Shown piece by piece: positions 13,630 through 28,600 of a DNA stretch of 64,000 nucleotides. The notes under the pieces were generated by a model, which was not told the origin of the DNA, did no database searches, and saw nothing but the letters and a program-made list of their open reading frames with translations. Position 1 is the stretch's first letter. Each line of letters opens with the position of its first letter. The stretch is taken from positions 131,814,001-131,878,000 of the forward strand of contig NC_086097.1 of NCBI RefSeq assembly GCF_963921235.1, read 5' to 3'. Origin of the DNA: Mobula hypostoma. Its lineage: Eukaryota. The translations under genes were made by a program, and so were the position numbers.

Positions 13630-14270
13630 TTTTTGTAAACCTCCTCTGAACCCTCTCCTATGCCAGCACATCCTTTCTTAGAGATGGGGCCCAAACTGCT
13701 CATAATATTCCAAATATGGAATGGTCAATGCCTTATAAATCATCAGAGTTACATCCTTTATATTCTAGTCCTCTTAAAATGAATGCCAAGGTTGTGTTTG
13801 CCTCATTACCACCAACTCAAACTGCAAGTTAACCTTTAGAGAATCCTGCACTTGGATTCTCAAATCCCTTTGCACTATCAATTTCTGAATTTGTTCCTTG
13901 TTTAGAAAATAGACTACACCTTTATGTCTTCTATGAAAGTGCATGACCATTTGCTTCCCTACACTATATTCCATCTGCCACTTCTTTGCCCATTCTTCCA
14001 ATCTGTCCAAGTCCTTCTGCAAAGTTCCTGCTTCCTCAACACTACTTGCCTGTCCACCTACCTTTGAATCATCCAGAAACTTGGCCACAAAGCCATCAAT
14101 TCCATCATCTAGGTCATTAACATATGAGGTGAAAAGTAGTGGACTGCTGTGGAACACCACTAGTCAGTGTCAGCCAACTAGAAAAGACCCCTTCTATTCC
14201 GATTCTTTGCCTTCTCCCAGACAGCCAATCTTCTGTCCATGCTGGTATATTTCCTGTAATTACATGGGCT
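13630..14270 (-). mobile_element. CR1 ORF2 reverse-transcriptase fragment
   Basis: YVNDLDDGIDGFVAKFLDDSKVGG...LQKDLDRLEEWAKKWQMEY. Confidence 0.88.
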
Positions 14271-14394
14271 CTTACTGGAACAGGTCCTTCAGCCCAACAA
14301 ATCTGTGATGAAAACGACGCCAATTTAAGTTTATATAGTCAGGCTGCACATGGTCTATATCCTTCCATTCTCTGACTTCGTGCATCCCTACTTT

Positions 14395-15125
14395 CTTAGA
14401 AGTTTGTGAAGAGTCAGCATGTCATTTAAAACTTTAACAAACTTCTATAGATGTGTGTTGGAAAGAACATTGACTGGTGGCATCAGGGCCTAGTCAGGAA
14501 ACACCAGTTAGCTTGATCAAAAGAGCCTACAAAAAGCAGTGGATACAGCCCAGTCCATCCCGGGTAAAGCCTTTCCCACTACTGAGCACACCTACATGGA
14601 GTGTTGTCACAGGAATGCAACATCCATCATCAAGGACCTCTACCATCCAGGCCATGCTCTCTTCTCATTGCAAAGGTACAGGAGCCTCAGGACCCACATA
14701 AGTTCAGGAACAGTTATTACCCCTCAACCATCAGGCTGTTGAACCAAAGGAGATAACTTCAATCAGCTTCACTTGCCCATTTTTGAACTGTTCCCACAAA
14801 CTATGGACTCACTTTCAATGGCCCTTCATCTCATGCTCTTGGTATTTATTTATTTGTTTATTTATCTATTCATTCATTCATTCATTTATTTATTTATGTA
14901 TGTATGTATGTATGTATGTATGTATGTATGTATTTATCTTTTTTTTTCTTTCTTTTTGTATTTGCATAGTTTATTGTATTTTGGTTGTTTGTCTGTCCTG
15001 AGAGGGGTAGTCTTTCATTGATTCTATTGTGTTTCTTGTATTTGCTGTAAGTGCCCTCAAGAAAATGAACCACAGCTTTATATAGTGACATATAGGCACT
15101 TTTATAATAAATTTACTTTGAATTT
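14395..15125 (+). mobile_element. Rex1/Babar-type LINE 3' fragment with compound (ATTT)(ATTC)(ATGT)n microsatellite
   Basis: IIKDLYHPGHALFSL C-terminal motif, aataaatttactttgaattttgaa tail, and a microsatellite at about 14845-14935. Confidence 0.8.
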
Positions 15126-15959
15126 TGAATGTTGAACTTTTGTCTAAAAACTTCTTAAGTGTTGCTATCATATCTGCTTCCACCACTTCCCCTAAATGCT
15201 TGTTCCAGGTACATATCACTCTTTATTTGTATCCCAGAATCAAACAGCACATCAGTGACTTCAGCCCCTGTGTCCGAGCTCCAAATTTGTTGGAAGTTTT
15301 GCATTTGTTGAGTTTGCGTTGTGCCTCTTGTCTTTTAGCAAGTATAGTTTGATGATAGTAGTAGAAGATAGTCCGGAGAGATTAATTAGATCGTTGGCCG
15401 CAAGACCATAAGACATGGGAGCAGAATTAGGTCATTCAGCCCTATGGGTCTGCTCCCCCATTCCATCATAGCTGATTAATTATCCCTCTCAACCCCATTC
15501 TCATGCCTTCTCCCTGTAACCTTTGAAGCCCTGATCAATCTCTAAGACAACCTATATTACAGATCACATTTAGCTAGGTTATGTTGTATTTCTGAAAGTA
15601 TTGAAAATGAATTTAATACAAATAACACATTGCAGCAGGGTAAAACTTCTGATATCAATTATTAAACTGCTAAATAAAAATTCAGAATCAGATGTATTAT
15701 CACTGAATTATAGGATATGAAATTTGTTGTTTTGTGACAGCCGTACAGTGTAAATACTGAAAATTACTATAAATTACAACAATAAATAATTAGTGCAAAA
15801 CAAAAGGGAATAGTGAGGTCGTGTTCATGGGTGCATGGACCATTCAGACATCTGATGGCGGAGAGGAAGAAGCTGTTTCTGAACTACTGAGTGTGGGCCT
15901 TCAGGGCCCCCTACCTCCTCCCTGACATTGTGTGCAATAATTTTCCCTTAAAACAAGCA

Positions 15960-16460
15960 TAGATGTTTCAAGCAGCCTACGGAAAGTTAATGAGGATAAT
16001 GTGCAGGGTGGGCCTGAGAGTGTTCTGTAGCCTAAGAGGCTCTGGCAAGAAAGCTTTCTTGTGCTGCTATTACAATGATTCATATGCGCGCATTCGTTGC
16101 AGGGAGAAATTAAATTTACAGTTACAGAGTATTAATCAGCAAGCATCTGTCTTTCAGTTTGATTTTTTTTTGCAAAAACAGAACTATTTCTGTCACTTGT
16201 AAATAACTAGATGCTCTTACAGCTTCATTACAGATAGATTACTGCTCAAAAGATAAGCTTCTGCCTCTCAGCCTACATGTTAATGCCATCTGAAAGCACT
16301 ACAAGTAAATACTTCAAAAAGCTGCTACTTTCGGGACATCTGTCTTCAATCAAAAAACAGCTGATCACTGCTTTATGATGGCATTCTTAATCTATGAGGG
16401 TTTCACTGGCTGTGCTGAGCAACATATATCAATCCAGCTTCTGTGGAAACCTGAGTTGGA
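15960..16460. promoter_or_regulatory. Candidate conserved non-coding element / enhancer
   Basis: Non-repetitive island with clustered TAAT/ATTA, E-boxes (CATCTG three times, CAGCTG), forkhead-like GTAAATA twice, and TTTATGA. Inference only. Confidence 0.3.
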
Positions 16461-19400
16461 TTTTACAAGCTTGATCTAGTGAAGGAGCAAGTACTTACCA
16501 TACTTTCTGCACTTGAGATATATTTAGTCCACTTGCCCCTCACTCTGGTGGCATCAGGGGATGTTGGGGTCATATTGTCTTTATGTAACCTGTTTCATTA
16601 AGGATCCAGAGCTAATAAAATATGGATGTTTTTCTTAAAATGAAAGATCTGTTGAGTGGCATTACTAGCTCTGGATGGTCTGAGTAATTTGTCTTCCAAC
16701 TATTCCTAGAGACGGCAGTGTTAGAATCTGAATCTGAATCCGAGATTTTACGTGTGTGATTATGAGCTATCCTCACTCCCTACACCTATAGAGTCATTCA
16801 GCCATAGAGGAGAGACAGCACAGAAACAAACCCTTCCTTTACATAAATTCTATCCTAACCTACTCTCTTTTCCCTCTCCAATTCCCATCAGTTCCCCACA
16901 GATTCTACCTCACCTCTTGAGGCACTTTGCAGAGGCCAATTAACCTCCCAATCTGCATGCCTTTGGAGGTTTGGGAGAACTGGAATACCCGGAAGAAATC
17001 CACTCATCACAGGGAAAACATGCAAACTCCACAAAGATAGATCCCGAGGTCAGATTTACTCCTGGGTTGCTGAGCTATGAGGCAACAGATCCACAGAGCT
17101 GCCCTTGATGGAGAGATTATCTCCCCGTCATTGTGGAAGCATGTTCAATTCATGACACTTGAGTTGAAATAGATACTGTTAACAGTTTACTGAACAAATG
17201 GATTCTAGTTTTTGCAAGACTGCCTTGGTATGAACTAATTGATACAATAGTGTGATAGCACCCTTAAACCCTTTAACTAATTAATAAGCTATCAACATCA
17301 CATCCAAGCCTGGTGTTAATACCCAATTTTAACAATCTGAGTAGCTGTTACCAACAATGTGGGTTTTGATGACGCACTTCAGAGAGTGTTAGGTTTACCA
17401 TATAGCTATACGTCTGGAGTCTACAGTCTACAGCCAAGTCTGCAAAAAATGATGCCAGACTTCCTTCCTCAATGGACATCAGTTGACTAGATGAGACTTC
17501 AATGCTTAACATAAAGCTTCAAGTGCATTCCTTTGAAACTGATTTCAAACCTTAAGTTGTTGTGGAAATAGACTTGTGTTCCCTACCTAGACTGTAAGTA
17601 ATGTGGCCAAACTTCCAAATATTAACCCAATGTACTGTAATTCATCAAAATGCAAATCTATGTCATATTTAGCAAAAGAGAGAGAGAGAGAGACTAATTA
17701 TTCAAATGAATGCATTTTTACATTCTGTTTTGTGACCTGGCATAATAAGAGACCCATCAGCTTCATGTCAGCTCTCAACAGAGTAATCCCATTCCTCTGT
17801 TCTTATTCTCTCTCAAACACACCCACCAATTCTCCTTTGATACACTTTTGCCAACAACAATCAACACTGCTCATTTACAGTGGTCACTTTGCCTACCAGC
17901 TCATCTTGGTGATGTGGGAGGAGGTTAGGCGCCCAGAGAAATTGCATGTGGTCACTCGGGAGAATGTGCAAAAACCCCACACTGCCACACCCAGATCTCT
18001 GAGGAAGCAGCACTGCAAACTGAAAATGTGCTGGAAACACATAGCAAGTTGGACAGTATCTATGGAAACAGAAATGTGAGTTAATACTTCAAGTCAGAGA
18101 TCCTTCAATAGATCCTTCAAGCTGGAAACCGAGATTTAAAAGGACAGTCTTAAGTGATGGTAAAAATTGGTGGGAGGGATGGTTAGGTCAAAGGATTTTG
18201 TTTGTATATCAAGCTTAGCTCATGGTGGAGTGGCGGAGCAGACTCAACGGGCTGAATGGCCTACTTCTGCTCCTTTGTCTTGTGATCTTGTGAAGTCATA
18301 TGGGACAATAAAAGGGTGAATTCATAAACTCCATTCACAACTTGCAGCACCACTCTGTCACCCATAATGTTTTCTCACATTTTTTCATTAGTATTTCAAT
18401 GGTAATAGATGTTAAGAATCTCTGAACACCAAGAATGATTAAAGACTATTTAAGAATCACTCACAGCTTTCACAGCTGGCAATGCTTGGGTAGGTGGTTC
18501 CTCAGTGGTGTTCCAGGAGCATTGTCACTACTTAAACCAACAAATTTGGACCTCCTCATCAAGACAAGGTATGCATGGGCTTAAGGAAAAAATAATTCCA
18601 GAACAGGGGAACAAAATGTTTTGACAGCAGAAGCAATTAGTAACTCGATGTAGATCCAACCCAATGGAAATCGAAGCCACACCATTACATTGGGAAGAAA
18701 AAAACTACCTGGATGTGATTTTAATTACCTATATTTTTCTGCCATTATCCTCTGTATCAGTCTAAGGTGACTTTGCAAGCAACACCATCTATCACTAGTC
18801 TCACTGAAGCTCTGAATATACTAATTGTACAATTCCTCAGGAGGCAGGAAGGAAATCATCAGTTCACCATCCTTCTGCACCTCCCACACCTAAGATGTCC
18901 TTTTAAATTTGGACATGGAAATCAGATACAGCCTCTTGTAGTTCAGGATGGTCCCAGAACTAATTGCATTGTAGAAGAAAAAAAAAGAACTCGAGTTATA
19001 GCAGCATTTCAATGTGCTCTACAGCAGCTGGAGTATGGTCACTGCAGTAGAATAGGAAACACAACAACCGATTTGTACAGAGGAAGCTCCCACACACAGC
19101 AATGTGAAAACTGATACTTTGCTATAGTAATGTAGACTGAGGGACAAATACTAACCAAGAATACAATACCCTGTTTTTGATAAAGTTACAGTCATAAAAC
19201 TTTTACATTCACTTGAACAAACATTTTAGCATCAATTTAGATAGTTGTAGTCTTTTACCCAGAGTGGAAAGACAAGCCTTAGAGGACATAGCTTTAAGGT
19301 GAGTTGGGTAAGGTTTAAAGATTTATGAGGTGTGTTTTTGACACAGATGGATACGTAAGTGCCTGGATGTGCATTGAGGGAAGTGGTGGAAACAGACATA

Positions 19401-21289
19401 GCAGAGGCATTTACGATTCTCTTAGGCACGGGGACACGCGAAGAATGGAGAGACATGGACCATGTGCACGCAAAAGGGATTATCTTGAATGGATGTCATT
19501 CAACTAATTAGTTAATTATGGGCCAAAAACCCTGTTTCTGTGCTGTAATTTTCTATGTTCTATGTATACAGAGAGTGGTAGTAGGTGCTCAGAATGTGCT
19601 GCCAAGGAGGTTATAGGACTGAATAAAAAAAAGCAATTTTTAAGAGGCATTTTGATATGCAGGGAATGGAATGATATAGACCTTGTGCAGGCAGATGGGA
19701 TTATTTGAAACAGGCATTGTTCTTGGTGCAGACATGATGGGCCAGAAGGCCTGTACTCGTGCTGTATGGTCTATAGAGAATCTTATTGGAATCAAGGGAG
19801 TCCGTGTGGTCCAGGCAGAGGGATATCCTGACGAGGATGGTAAGGTTATGAATGAGCTTGATAAGATAACTGTAGAATAGATGTTTCCAGATCTTTAAGG
19901 GTAACCACATGAGGGAGCAATCCTTTGATTTAAAAGTGCTCGATTTATAAGTTTTGTAATAGAACCATCGGCTCTTTGCAAAACATAACTTCGTTGTATG
20001 AAGCTACTTTTTACCGTATCAAATAGCACATGACCCTCTTTACATTGGAATACACGATACTGAAATACCCATAACGTGTTTACTCACCCTTTTTTCATGA
20101 ACAAACTTTTGCTACTGAAATGATTTTCAGGAAGACAACTTCTTCATAAGATGAAGAACGGCTGTGGATGCAGTCTGTTAGGTTATGTAATGAGGGCTCA
20201 TGAGAGGTTAAATGCAGTCATAAACCACTTGAGCTGCAGGGCCTATGTCCCCAGCTAAAGTATCGGCTGTGGATTCCCCCCCCCCCCCCGCCACAGATGC
20301 TGCTCGATCTGCTGAGTTCCTTCAGTGCTGTGTTTGCTGTTCCAGACTGCAGCATCTGCAGTCTCTTGCATCTCTATTCTCTATTGTCCAACTGGGGTGA
20401 CTCGGGTCCGTTCCCTGTCTAACTGAGCAGGTGAATTTATTCATGAGAGCATGAATCTGTTGATCCCTCATCCTGTAGAACAGTGGTGTCTACACCCAGG
20501 AATGTGCAGATGGACCTGGAGCATTCAGAAAGGAGTAAGTAGCTTTACACAGGTTAATAAAAAACAGAATGTGGCTGACTATCTTTGAATCTTGGTAAAT
20601 GGCAGCTTCAGCTTGGACTTAACCATGTGTTTCTGTTTGTAATTTAACTTAAAACCCACTATAACATAATGACCATTAAAAGGGACGACTTTGTTTTATT
20701 CTGCAGCAGCTGTGATCCATACAAAAGCCAAAAGCAGCTGATGCCAAAGTCTGCCATGTGGCTTCAGTGAGCTTAGTTTTTGTGGTAACATACATGTCAC
20801 ATATGATTCTCACTGTCAGCAGAGGCTAGAGAGCATTTCAGTAACAATATGCAATATACCTAAATTCAGATTTTAAGTTGATGGATAGACATTAGCATTT
20901 TAACCAGCAGATAGTATTGATACTGAAAGGAGCATGAAATTTGTTGAAAGAATTGTTAATATAGGAATACAATGTCCTTGTATTGACCAAGAAGGTTGTT
21001 GTGTCTGTGTGCTGATGCTGCTCAGTTTCTGAATGTTAAAGCAGTGGCAGGTGACATAAAGCTTAAGTGGGAATAGGATATTGCTGCCTCCTGCCTATTC
21101 CACCATTCAGCAATATCTTGTCTGATCTTTTACTCCAGTGCCACTTCCCTGCCCTAATCCCTTCCTAGTCAAGATGCAGTCAATGGATGCTTGATTCCTC
21201 CAATATCCATAAGTCTTTGCTTTGAGTGACTAAACCTTCACAGCTCTCTTACGTTAGTCTAGAATGACCTACTTTAAGACTGTTTCTCA

Positions 21290-21690
21290 ATATTTCAGCT
21301 GGGGTAAACAGCTTCCGGTGTGCCTGAGTGAGGACTGGCATGTGCAGACCAACTGGATGGTGTATTCAAGAACATCTTCGACCTCTTGCTTCTGTAGTCC
21401 AAGGTTTCCATTATCTTCAAAAAAACATCTAGAGTGCTGGTGTTCAAGAAGAGCATGGTGATCTGCCTCAGCCACTGTCTGGTAACACTTACGTCCACCA
21501 TAATGAAGTGCTTCAAAAGGGCGGTTATGGCACGAATCAACTCCAATCTCAGAAGTGACTTGGATCCTCTTCAGTATGCCTGTTGCCACAATAGGTCATC
21601 AGTAACTGTTATTTCACTGGCTCTCCACTCTGTTCTGGATTGTCTGGATAACAGAAATGAATGCACCAGGCTATTGTTCATCAACCTCAT
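21290..21690 (+). mobile_element. Degenerate Rex1/Babar-type RT fragment
   Basis: LTSTIMKCFKRAVMARI...DLDPLQYA...RLLFI. Confidence 0.8.
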
Positions 21691-24519
21691 TTTGACCATG
21701 AAAGGTCTCAACCCGAATTGTCGATTGTGCATTTTTTTCCAAAGATACTGCCCAGTCTGCTGAGTTCCTCCAGCTCGTTGTGTGCGTTCCTTGCAACTTC
21801 CAGCATCTGCAGAATTATTTGTGTTTATACACAGTCTCTTGGGTCTCCATGAAACTTGAAGCACTGGCTTGAAATTTGTACCCAAATTTCTGGAATGCAA
21901 AAGTGCTATTGGTCTGTATTGTGCAGTCATTGGTTCTCTAGAGAATTGCTGCTTCCTTACTGGGAAGGTGTTACTGTAATCTCGATGAGATGGCCGTGGA
22001 AGGTAATTCATCTGACCTCTTGCTCTGCCCTGGAACTTGGGTTAAAGGGGGTTCAGTAAGCTATTGAGCTGAGTGTGAGGATGCAATTCACATTTAACCA
22101 TTGCTCCACCACTAGCATTGTTCCCTTCATTGAAGGATGTCATTAACGTTCGTTAAAAAGATACTGTAGCTGTGCAACTTCTTCACTTTTTTTCTTTAAC
22201 TATCTAAATATTTTTTCATTTTTATTAAATAACTTACACCGAAGGCTGTTGATATCTGAAATGTGCTGCCAGAGGATGTAATGGAATCAATTACTGTGTC
22301 TGGTTTAAACAGACAAGCACACAGTCCCAATCAGCATGGCGGTAATGGGCCGAAGGTTTTGTTTCTGTGCTTCACAGCATTATGACTAACTACAGTTTAG
22401 TGCATTCTAAATAAATATGATTTTAAAATATTTTCAACTATGTTACTATTATCTTTTCTGTAATTTCTAAATATTAATTTATTTATGTTTTTTGGTTTAT
22501 TTTGTGTTATATGATGGGATATTTATGTTTGTAATTAATTAACTGCAGGTAACTGTGCTTTTAAATAAATGTGCAGTTGTTTAATGTCTCTTCAGTTTTT
22601 AATTGCCTTAATTATTTAATTCTTTTCAACTGCTTCCAAACATCTTTGATTATCAGAGACAATTGGAAAGAATGAAAAGTCCGCAGGTTTGCACTGCTCC
22701 GGGCCTAGTGACTTTGCTTTGTGGAACAATTGCTTTGGTGCGGTCCCAAGCTTCTTTGAGAGCCAAGGGGCCATTGAAGTTTGTGTGGCTTTGGGGCTAG
22801 CACAAGGGCTTTGGCACGAACTGTGAGGCACAGGCCGGATACAGTATAACTGAACCAGTATCTCAGAAACTCAATATTGAATTGTTGCAGATACTGCAGC
22901 AATCTCACGGTAGGTTTGTCTGCTCCAGATGTTCTTTTACACAGCCACTTGTCTGGTAACACTTTCTTCATAGAGACTTGCACAGACTGGAGAAAATCAT
23001 CAGTCATTTTCTGAGTATTCCCCAAGGAATGCCCACTGCACAGTTGATCGAAACCAAACCACCAACGTGCCAATCACTTTCATTGCATGAATTAGTCATG
23101 TATATTAGAGAAGGAATTGAATGAAAAATTATTGAACAGAAGTATGGATTTTCGTAATCAAATCTTCATGACAGGAATAGCACAAATTGTGGTTTTTATA
23201 ATTTGATTCAATGCAGTGGGAAAATAAATATTTTGATAATTACATTATTAAGCTAATTTTGCTCCTTTAAGGCCAGCAAACCTTTGGCAACAAATAAGGA
23301 GAGAATTCCTCTACGCTCTATTACTAGAATCAGTTAACACGTTCAATTCCATTTCAAGGGTACAGTAATTTAATGAAGTAGTTAATATTTTTCTTTTTAA
23401 ACAGATTATAACTTTTGCATATTCAAGAAGTATATGTACCATTGTGCTAACATTAAATTTGGAGAGGCATTTAACATGAATGGTTATTTGGTAGGTAATT
23501 TCCAATTTTCAGATTTTAATAAAATTGAATTTCTGTCAATATTTCGTTAAATGGATTAATGAATATTGAAGAGTTTAAAACCTCAAGGATCTTTGGTAAT
23601 GGGTGTGAGTACTGTTAAGTCGCTAATTACTGAAGTAAGATGGTGTGCCACACATGCACTGTAGCACAAGCTATGCTTCTGCATATTAAGCAGACAGGAA
23701 TATACAGTAGGCATCGACGGGAAAATCCTTAATTCTGATCCACAAGGAAAGAAAGCTTGCTTTATTCCTCAAGGATAGATGGTCAGGATCACATATTAGT
23801 CTTAAAAGCAAAATTTTTAGAGTCAGTAATATAAAAGTGAAGAAAAATCAGTATTAGCAGTGACACTGATATCCTAATATTGTGATGCTGGAGAGCATCT
23901 AATTGTCTTTAATTTCAATTTTAATAACACAGTTGAGGAACTGTATATTTTTCCTATATTTGCTGCTCCAAAGCTTATTAATTTAGTCCCACACTTTAAT
24001 TTCCCATTTTCTGGAATTTCTCTTCTAAAACTTTCCTCTGCTATCTTCTACTCTGTTTAGAAGCATCTTAAACCCAAGGTTAAATATTTTTTGTTATAAC
24101 TCTGAGACACATATTAATTTTCTAAGCGTTCTCCTTTAAAAAAAAGTGAGTTAAGTTTTGAGAGACATTTTGTGCAGAGTAAAAATAATCAGAGAATTTT
24201 GGCCATTGTTTTAAAGCCAATGAGCAGCTATGACCTGTGAAATTAATTGAAGAAACAGAACTTCAGATTTTAGAAATCCAAAAATTTTTGAAACATTCAG
24301 CAGTTCTAGCAGCATCTGAGGAAAGAGAAATAGTTACCTTATCTGTTCTGAGACTCTTCAACATAAATTGCAAAAAGAAGGAACTTTGCTTCTCTCCATA
24401 GATGCTACCTGACCTGCCGTAACTTTAGTACTTTTTGTGTTTATTTCCTTTGTTGTATTAATAGTTAATATCAGTGCAGAATTAACCTCATCTCTATATA
24501 CCTGTTTCACTCGTTAAAG

Positions 24520-25225
24520 GAAGCACACATAGTCCACATCTATAAATCCCTTAAAGTTGTCACGCAAGTTGATAGGTTTGTTGAGAAGGCATATGCATGT
24601 TGGCCTTCAATAGTCAGGGGACTGAGTTCAAGAGTCGCGAGGTAATGTTGCAGCTCTATAAAACGCTAGTTAGATCACACTTGGAGTAGTGTGTTCATTT
24701 CTGCTCACCTCATTATTGGAAGGATGTGGATGATTTAGAAAGGGTGCAGAGAATATTTACCAAGATTCTGTCTGCATTAGAGAGCATGACTCATGAGGAT
24801 AAGTTGAGTGAACTAGGGCTTTTCTCTTTGGAGAGCAGGAGGATGAGAGGTGACTTGATAGAGGTGTACAAGATGATCAGAGGCAGAACCTGAATGTATA
24901 GCCAGAGAATTTTCCCCAGGACAAAAATGGATAATATGAAAGGGCATCATTTCAAAGTGATTGGAGGAAAGTTTGGTGGGATGTGAGGTAAGCTTTTTTT
25001 ACACTGAGAGTGGTCAGTGTATGGAGAGTGATGTCAGGGGTGGAAGAGATAGATATATTAGGGACATTTATGAAACTCTTGGATAGGTACGTGGTTAACA
25101 GAAAAATGGAAGGCTATGTAGGATGGAACGGTTAGATTGATCTTGAAGTAGGTTAGAAGTTTGACACAACATCATGGGCTAAAGAACCTGGACTGGGCTA
25201 TGATGTTCTGTGTTTTGTATTCTGT
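24520..25225 (+). mobile_element. CR1 3' fragment
   Basis: CR1 ORF2 end (...ctagttagatcacacttggagtagtgtg...ggatgagaggtgacttgatagaggtgtacaag) followed by the tail. Confidence 0.85.
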
Positions 25226-27239
25226 ATTCTAATCCCACATCTCCAGGCCATGGCCATCATCTCCAGTTAGCTTCCTTGCTGTATGACCCTCTGGGGTGGG
25301 GCAGGGGGTAGATCTTGGAAGGAGACTGATATTGATGTATTATATTTTTGTTTATTTATTCAGAGATACAGTACTGAACAGGCCCTTTGAGCCATGCTAT
25401 CCAGCAACCTCCAATTTAAACCAAGCCTAATCAAGTGACAATCTATAATTACCTACTAACCGGTACGTCTTTGGGAGGAAATAGAATGGAAACACACACA
25501 TATACACACACACACACACACACGAAGGAACATACAAGCTTGCTTACAGAGGATACTGGAATTGATGTCCTGAGCTATAATAGCATTCCACTAACCGCTA
25601 CACCACCTTGACACCTCCATGGGGACTTTAGGAGTGGGACATAATATAACATAATATTTGGGATGTGCGTGTTCACGATACTCAGGCCAGGGATTTGAGG
25701 GAATGTAGTGGTGGGAGTGAGGATGTTAGGGCCTGAAGGGATCATGGAAATCGAGAGCAATGAGGATGAAGGGACTTATGCTGGTCAAGGCCTGATAAAT
25801 CCAAGGTAAATGATCAACTTAACTGACAGGTTCAGCTCATTTTAGGGAATGTCCATCAATGGACAATTTCCCTGAAGCATGTAGAACAGGGTACAGTTAA
25901 CAACTTCCTCCACTGCCTTGGGGGTGCGATGATGACCCAGACTTGAGTGCGAACATTTGGTATGATATAAAACAACACAGGAATGGGGATCTGAAGAAAA
26001 GTTTGGTTGGAATCGAGAACAGATTTCCTGAGTGCAGAAGGTAGGTACTCACTGCCTCAGCAAAGCAGCTGACCCTTCCCATTTTCCCATATGTTCTCAA
26101 ATCAAAGACCCACCCCATTCCCATATTCTCCCCACTCTCATCAGGAAGAAGGTACAAAAACCTGAAGGCTTGTACCACTAGACTCAAGGACCTCTTCATT
26201 CTTGCTATTATAATGTTATCGGATCATCCCCTTGATGGACACCAGGTCAAAGGACAGCTTCCATCCCACTGTTATAAAACTACTGAGTGGACTCTTAAAA
26301 TCACAATTTCTCTCTTAATGGCCTTGCCTCTTATTTCCTGCCTGTACTGCACCTTCTCTGTAACCATATTCTGCATTCTGTTATTGCTTTTCTCTTGTAC
26401 AGTCTCTATACAATGATCTGATGAAATGATCTACATGGACGGTATACAAAACCAAAATTTTCACACTACCTTGGGACATGTGGCAATCATAAATCAACTC
26501 ACCAAATTTACCAGTTGCACTCACAACATTTAACAAATGTCAGGATGAGCCCAGGCAAGGACCAGCTGCTGCTGAATGAAATCAGGATAGATAGGCATTT
26601 GATGATTGGCATGGGTATTGAAGGTGCTGTATGATACTGTGGCTCTGAAAGTTTGTTAACCTGCTTAACAGTGGATAGAAAATCAAATTCTTTTTGCATA
26701 CTGCTGAATGCTAAAGCAAGATTCCAATCAAGTTTCTGATCCTCCTTTATATGTTCACCATGCCCCCTTTATAGATTTGAGCTTGCGCCATCAAAAATGT
26801 TCACTCCACATTTGCACCTCTTTATAGTTAGTGGAACTACATCTTTCCTGGCAAAGCTCAAACAGACCACCGCTGAGATTAACTCAGACTGCCAAACACC
26901 TCTGGGTTGATTCCACCAGCTTTGAGATCCTGTCGCCAAGGTGGAATGTAACTTGTTGATTTTCATTCAAAGTTCATACAAAACACACACTCGTACAGAA
27001 TTCTTAAGGGGTGTGGCGGGTTGGATGGAAGGTTCCCTGGTTAAGGAATTTAGGAGGCACAGTTTCAGAATAAGGAGAGTGAGATCAAAAGAAACTTTCT
27101 TCAAGCATAGAATGGTGAAACTTTGCAGTTCCCTGTCCTACAGATCTGCAGGGGCTCAATAAAGACAGTGTTTGATAGATTTATGGATGTTAAAAGAATC
27201 AAGGGATATGGGGATCAAGCAGGGAAATAGTATTGAGAT

Positions 27240-28600
27240 AGATCAGTCATAGAATCACTGAGTCACAGAGCACAGAAACAGGCCTTTTGACTCAACTTGT
27301 TCATGTCAACCATCTATATTAGTCCCATTTGCCTTTGTTTGATCCATAATCTGATAAAGCTTTCCTAACCCTGCACTTGTGCAAATATCTTTAAAATGTT
27401 GTATTGTACCTGCCTCAACCACTTCCTCTGACAACTCATTCCATAAACCTACCATCCCCTGTGTGTAAATTTGCCCCTTCAGTTCCTATTAAGTCTTTCC
27501 CTCTGACTTTAAAGCAATGACCTCAAGTTTATTTCATTTATTTACTTAGCAATATAGCGCAGTGTAGGCCCTTCTGGTCCTCCAAACAACACCATCCCAG
27601 CAAACCTCCAACCCGATTAACCCTTAACCTAATCAAGGGACAATTTACAATGATCAATTAACCTACCCAGTATGTCTTTGGACCATGGGAGGAAACTGGA
27701 GCGCCCGGGGAAAACCTACACATTCCACGGGGAGGACATACAGAGACTCCTTACAGAACAGTGCCAGAATTGAACTCTAAACTTCCAGATGCCCCAAGCT
27801 GTAATAGCATTGAACTAACCACAATGCCCAGTTCTTGATTCACCAACTCTGGGTTGTGGAGGGAAGAAGACTCTGTGTATTCACTCTTTCTATGCCCCTT
27901 GCAATTTTATACACCTCTAAAAAGCCACCCCTCAGTCTTATGTGCTTCAAGGAATAAAGTCTAGCCTCTCTCTATCACCCAGTTCCTCGAGTCCTGGTAG
28001 CATCTACGTAATCTTCTCTGCACTCTTTCCAACTTTTCAAACTTCCTTTAGCAGGGTGAGCAAACTGAACACATAATTTCCAGTTGAAAGGTCGCAACTT
28101 GAAATGGAGACTATCCATTATCCTCCATAGATGCTGCCTGGCTTGCTAAGTTCCACCAGTGCTTTGTGTATTGCTCCAGATTCCAGCATCTGCAGTACCT
28201 TGCATCTCCACAAGGTTCCAAATGTGGCCTCACAAACATCTCTTATAACCGCACCAGATCCCAACTTCTGTCCTCAGTGATATCTTAACTGATGAAGGCC
28301 AGGGTGTGAACACATTTCTTCACTACCCTGTCAATCTGTAGTATCACTTTCAGGGAACAATGTACTTGTATTCCAAGGTCTGTCTGTTCTGCAATGCTCC
28401 CCAGGGTCCTAATGTTTATGGTGAAAATCCTACCCTGGTGTCATTCCCCAAAATCCAACACTGTGCACTTATCTGAATTAAACTCCATTTGCCATTCCTC
28501 AACGCACTTTCCCAGGTCACCAAGATCCCACTATAATTCCCAATAACCTTCTCTCCCTGTCCCCGATACCTCTTATCTTGATGTCATCTGCAAATCGTGA
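27240..28600 (-). mobile_element. CR1 3' fragment with nested V-SINE (about 27530-27830) and Penelope-type tail (about 28085-28210)
   Basis: The CR1 sequence resumes colinearly on either side of each insert. Confidence 0.75.

Noticed and set aside
21941..22002. Small plus-strand AG...GT exon-like segment
   Set aside because: Splice-like signals at this scale occur by chance and there is no recognisable peptide.
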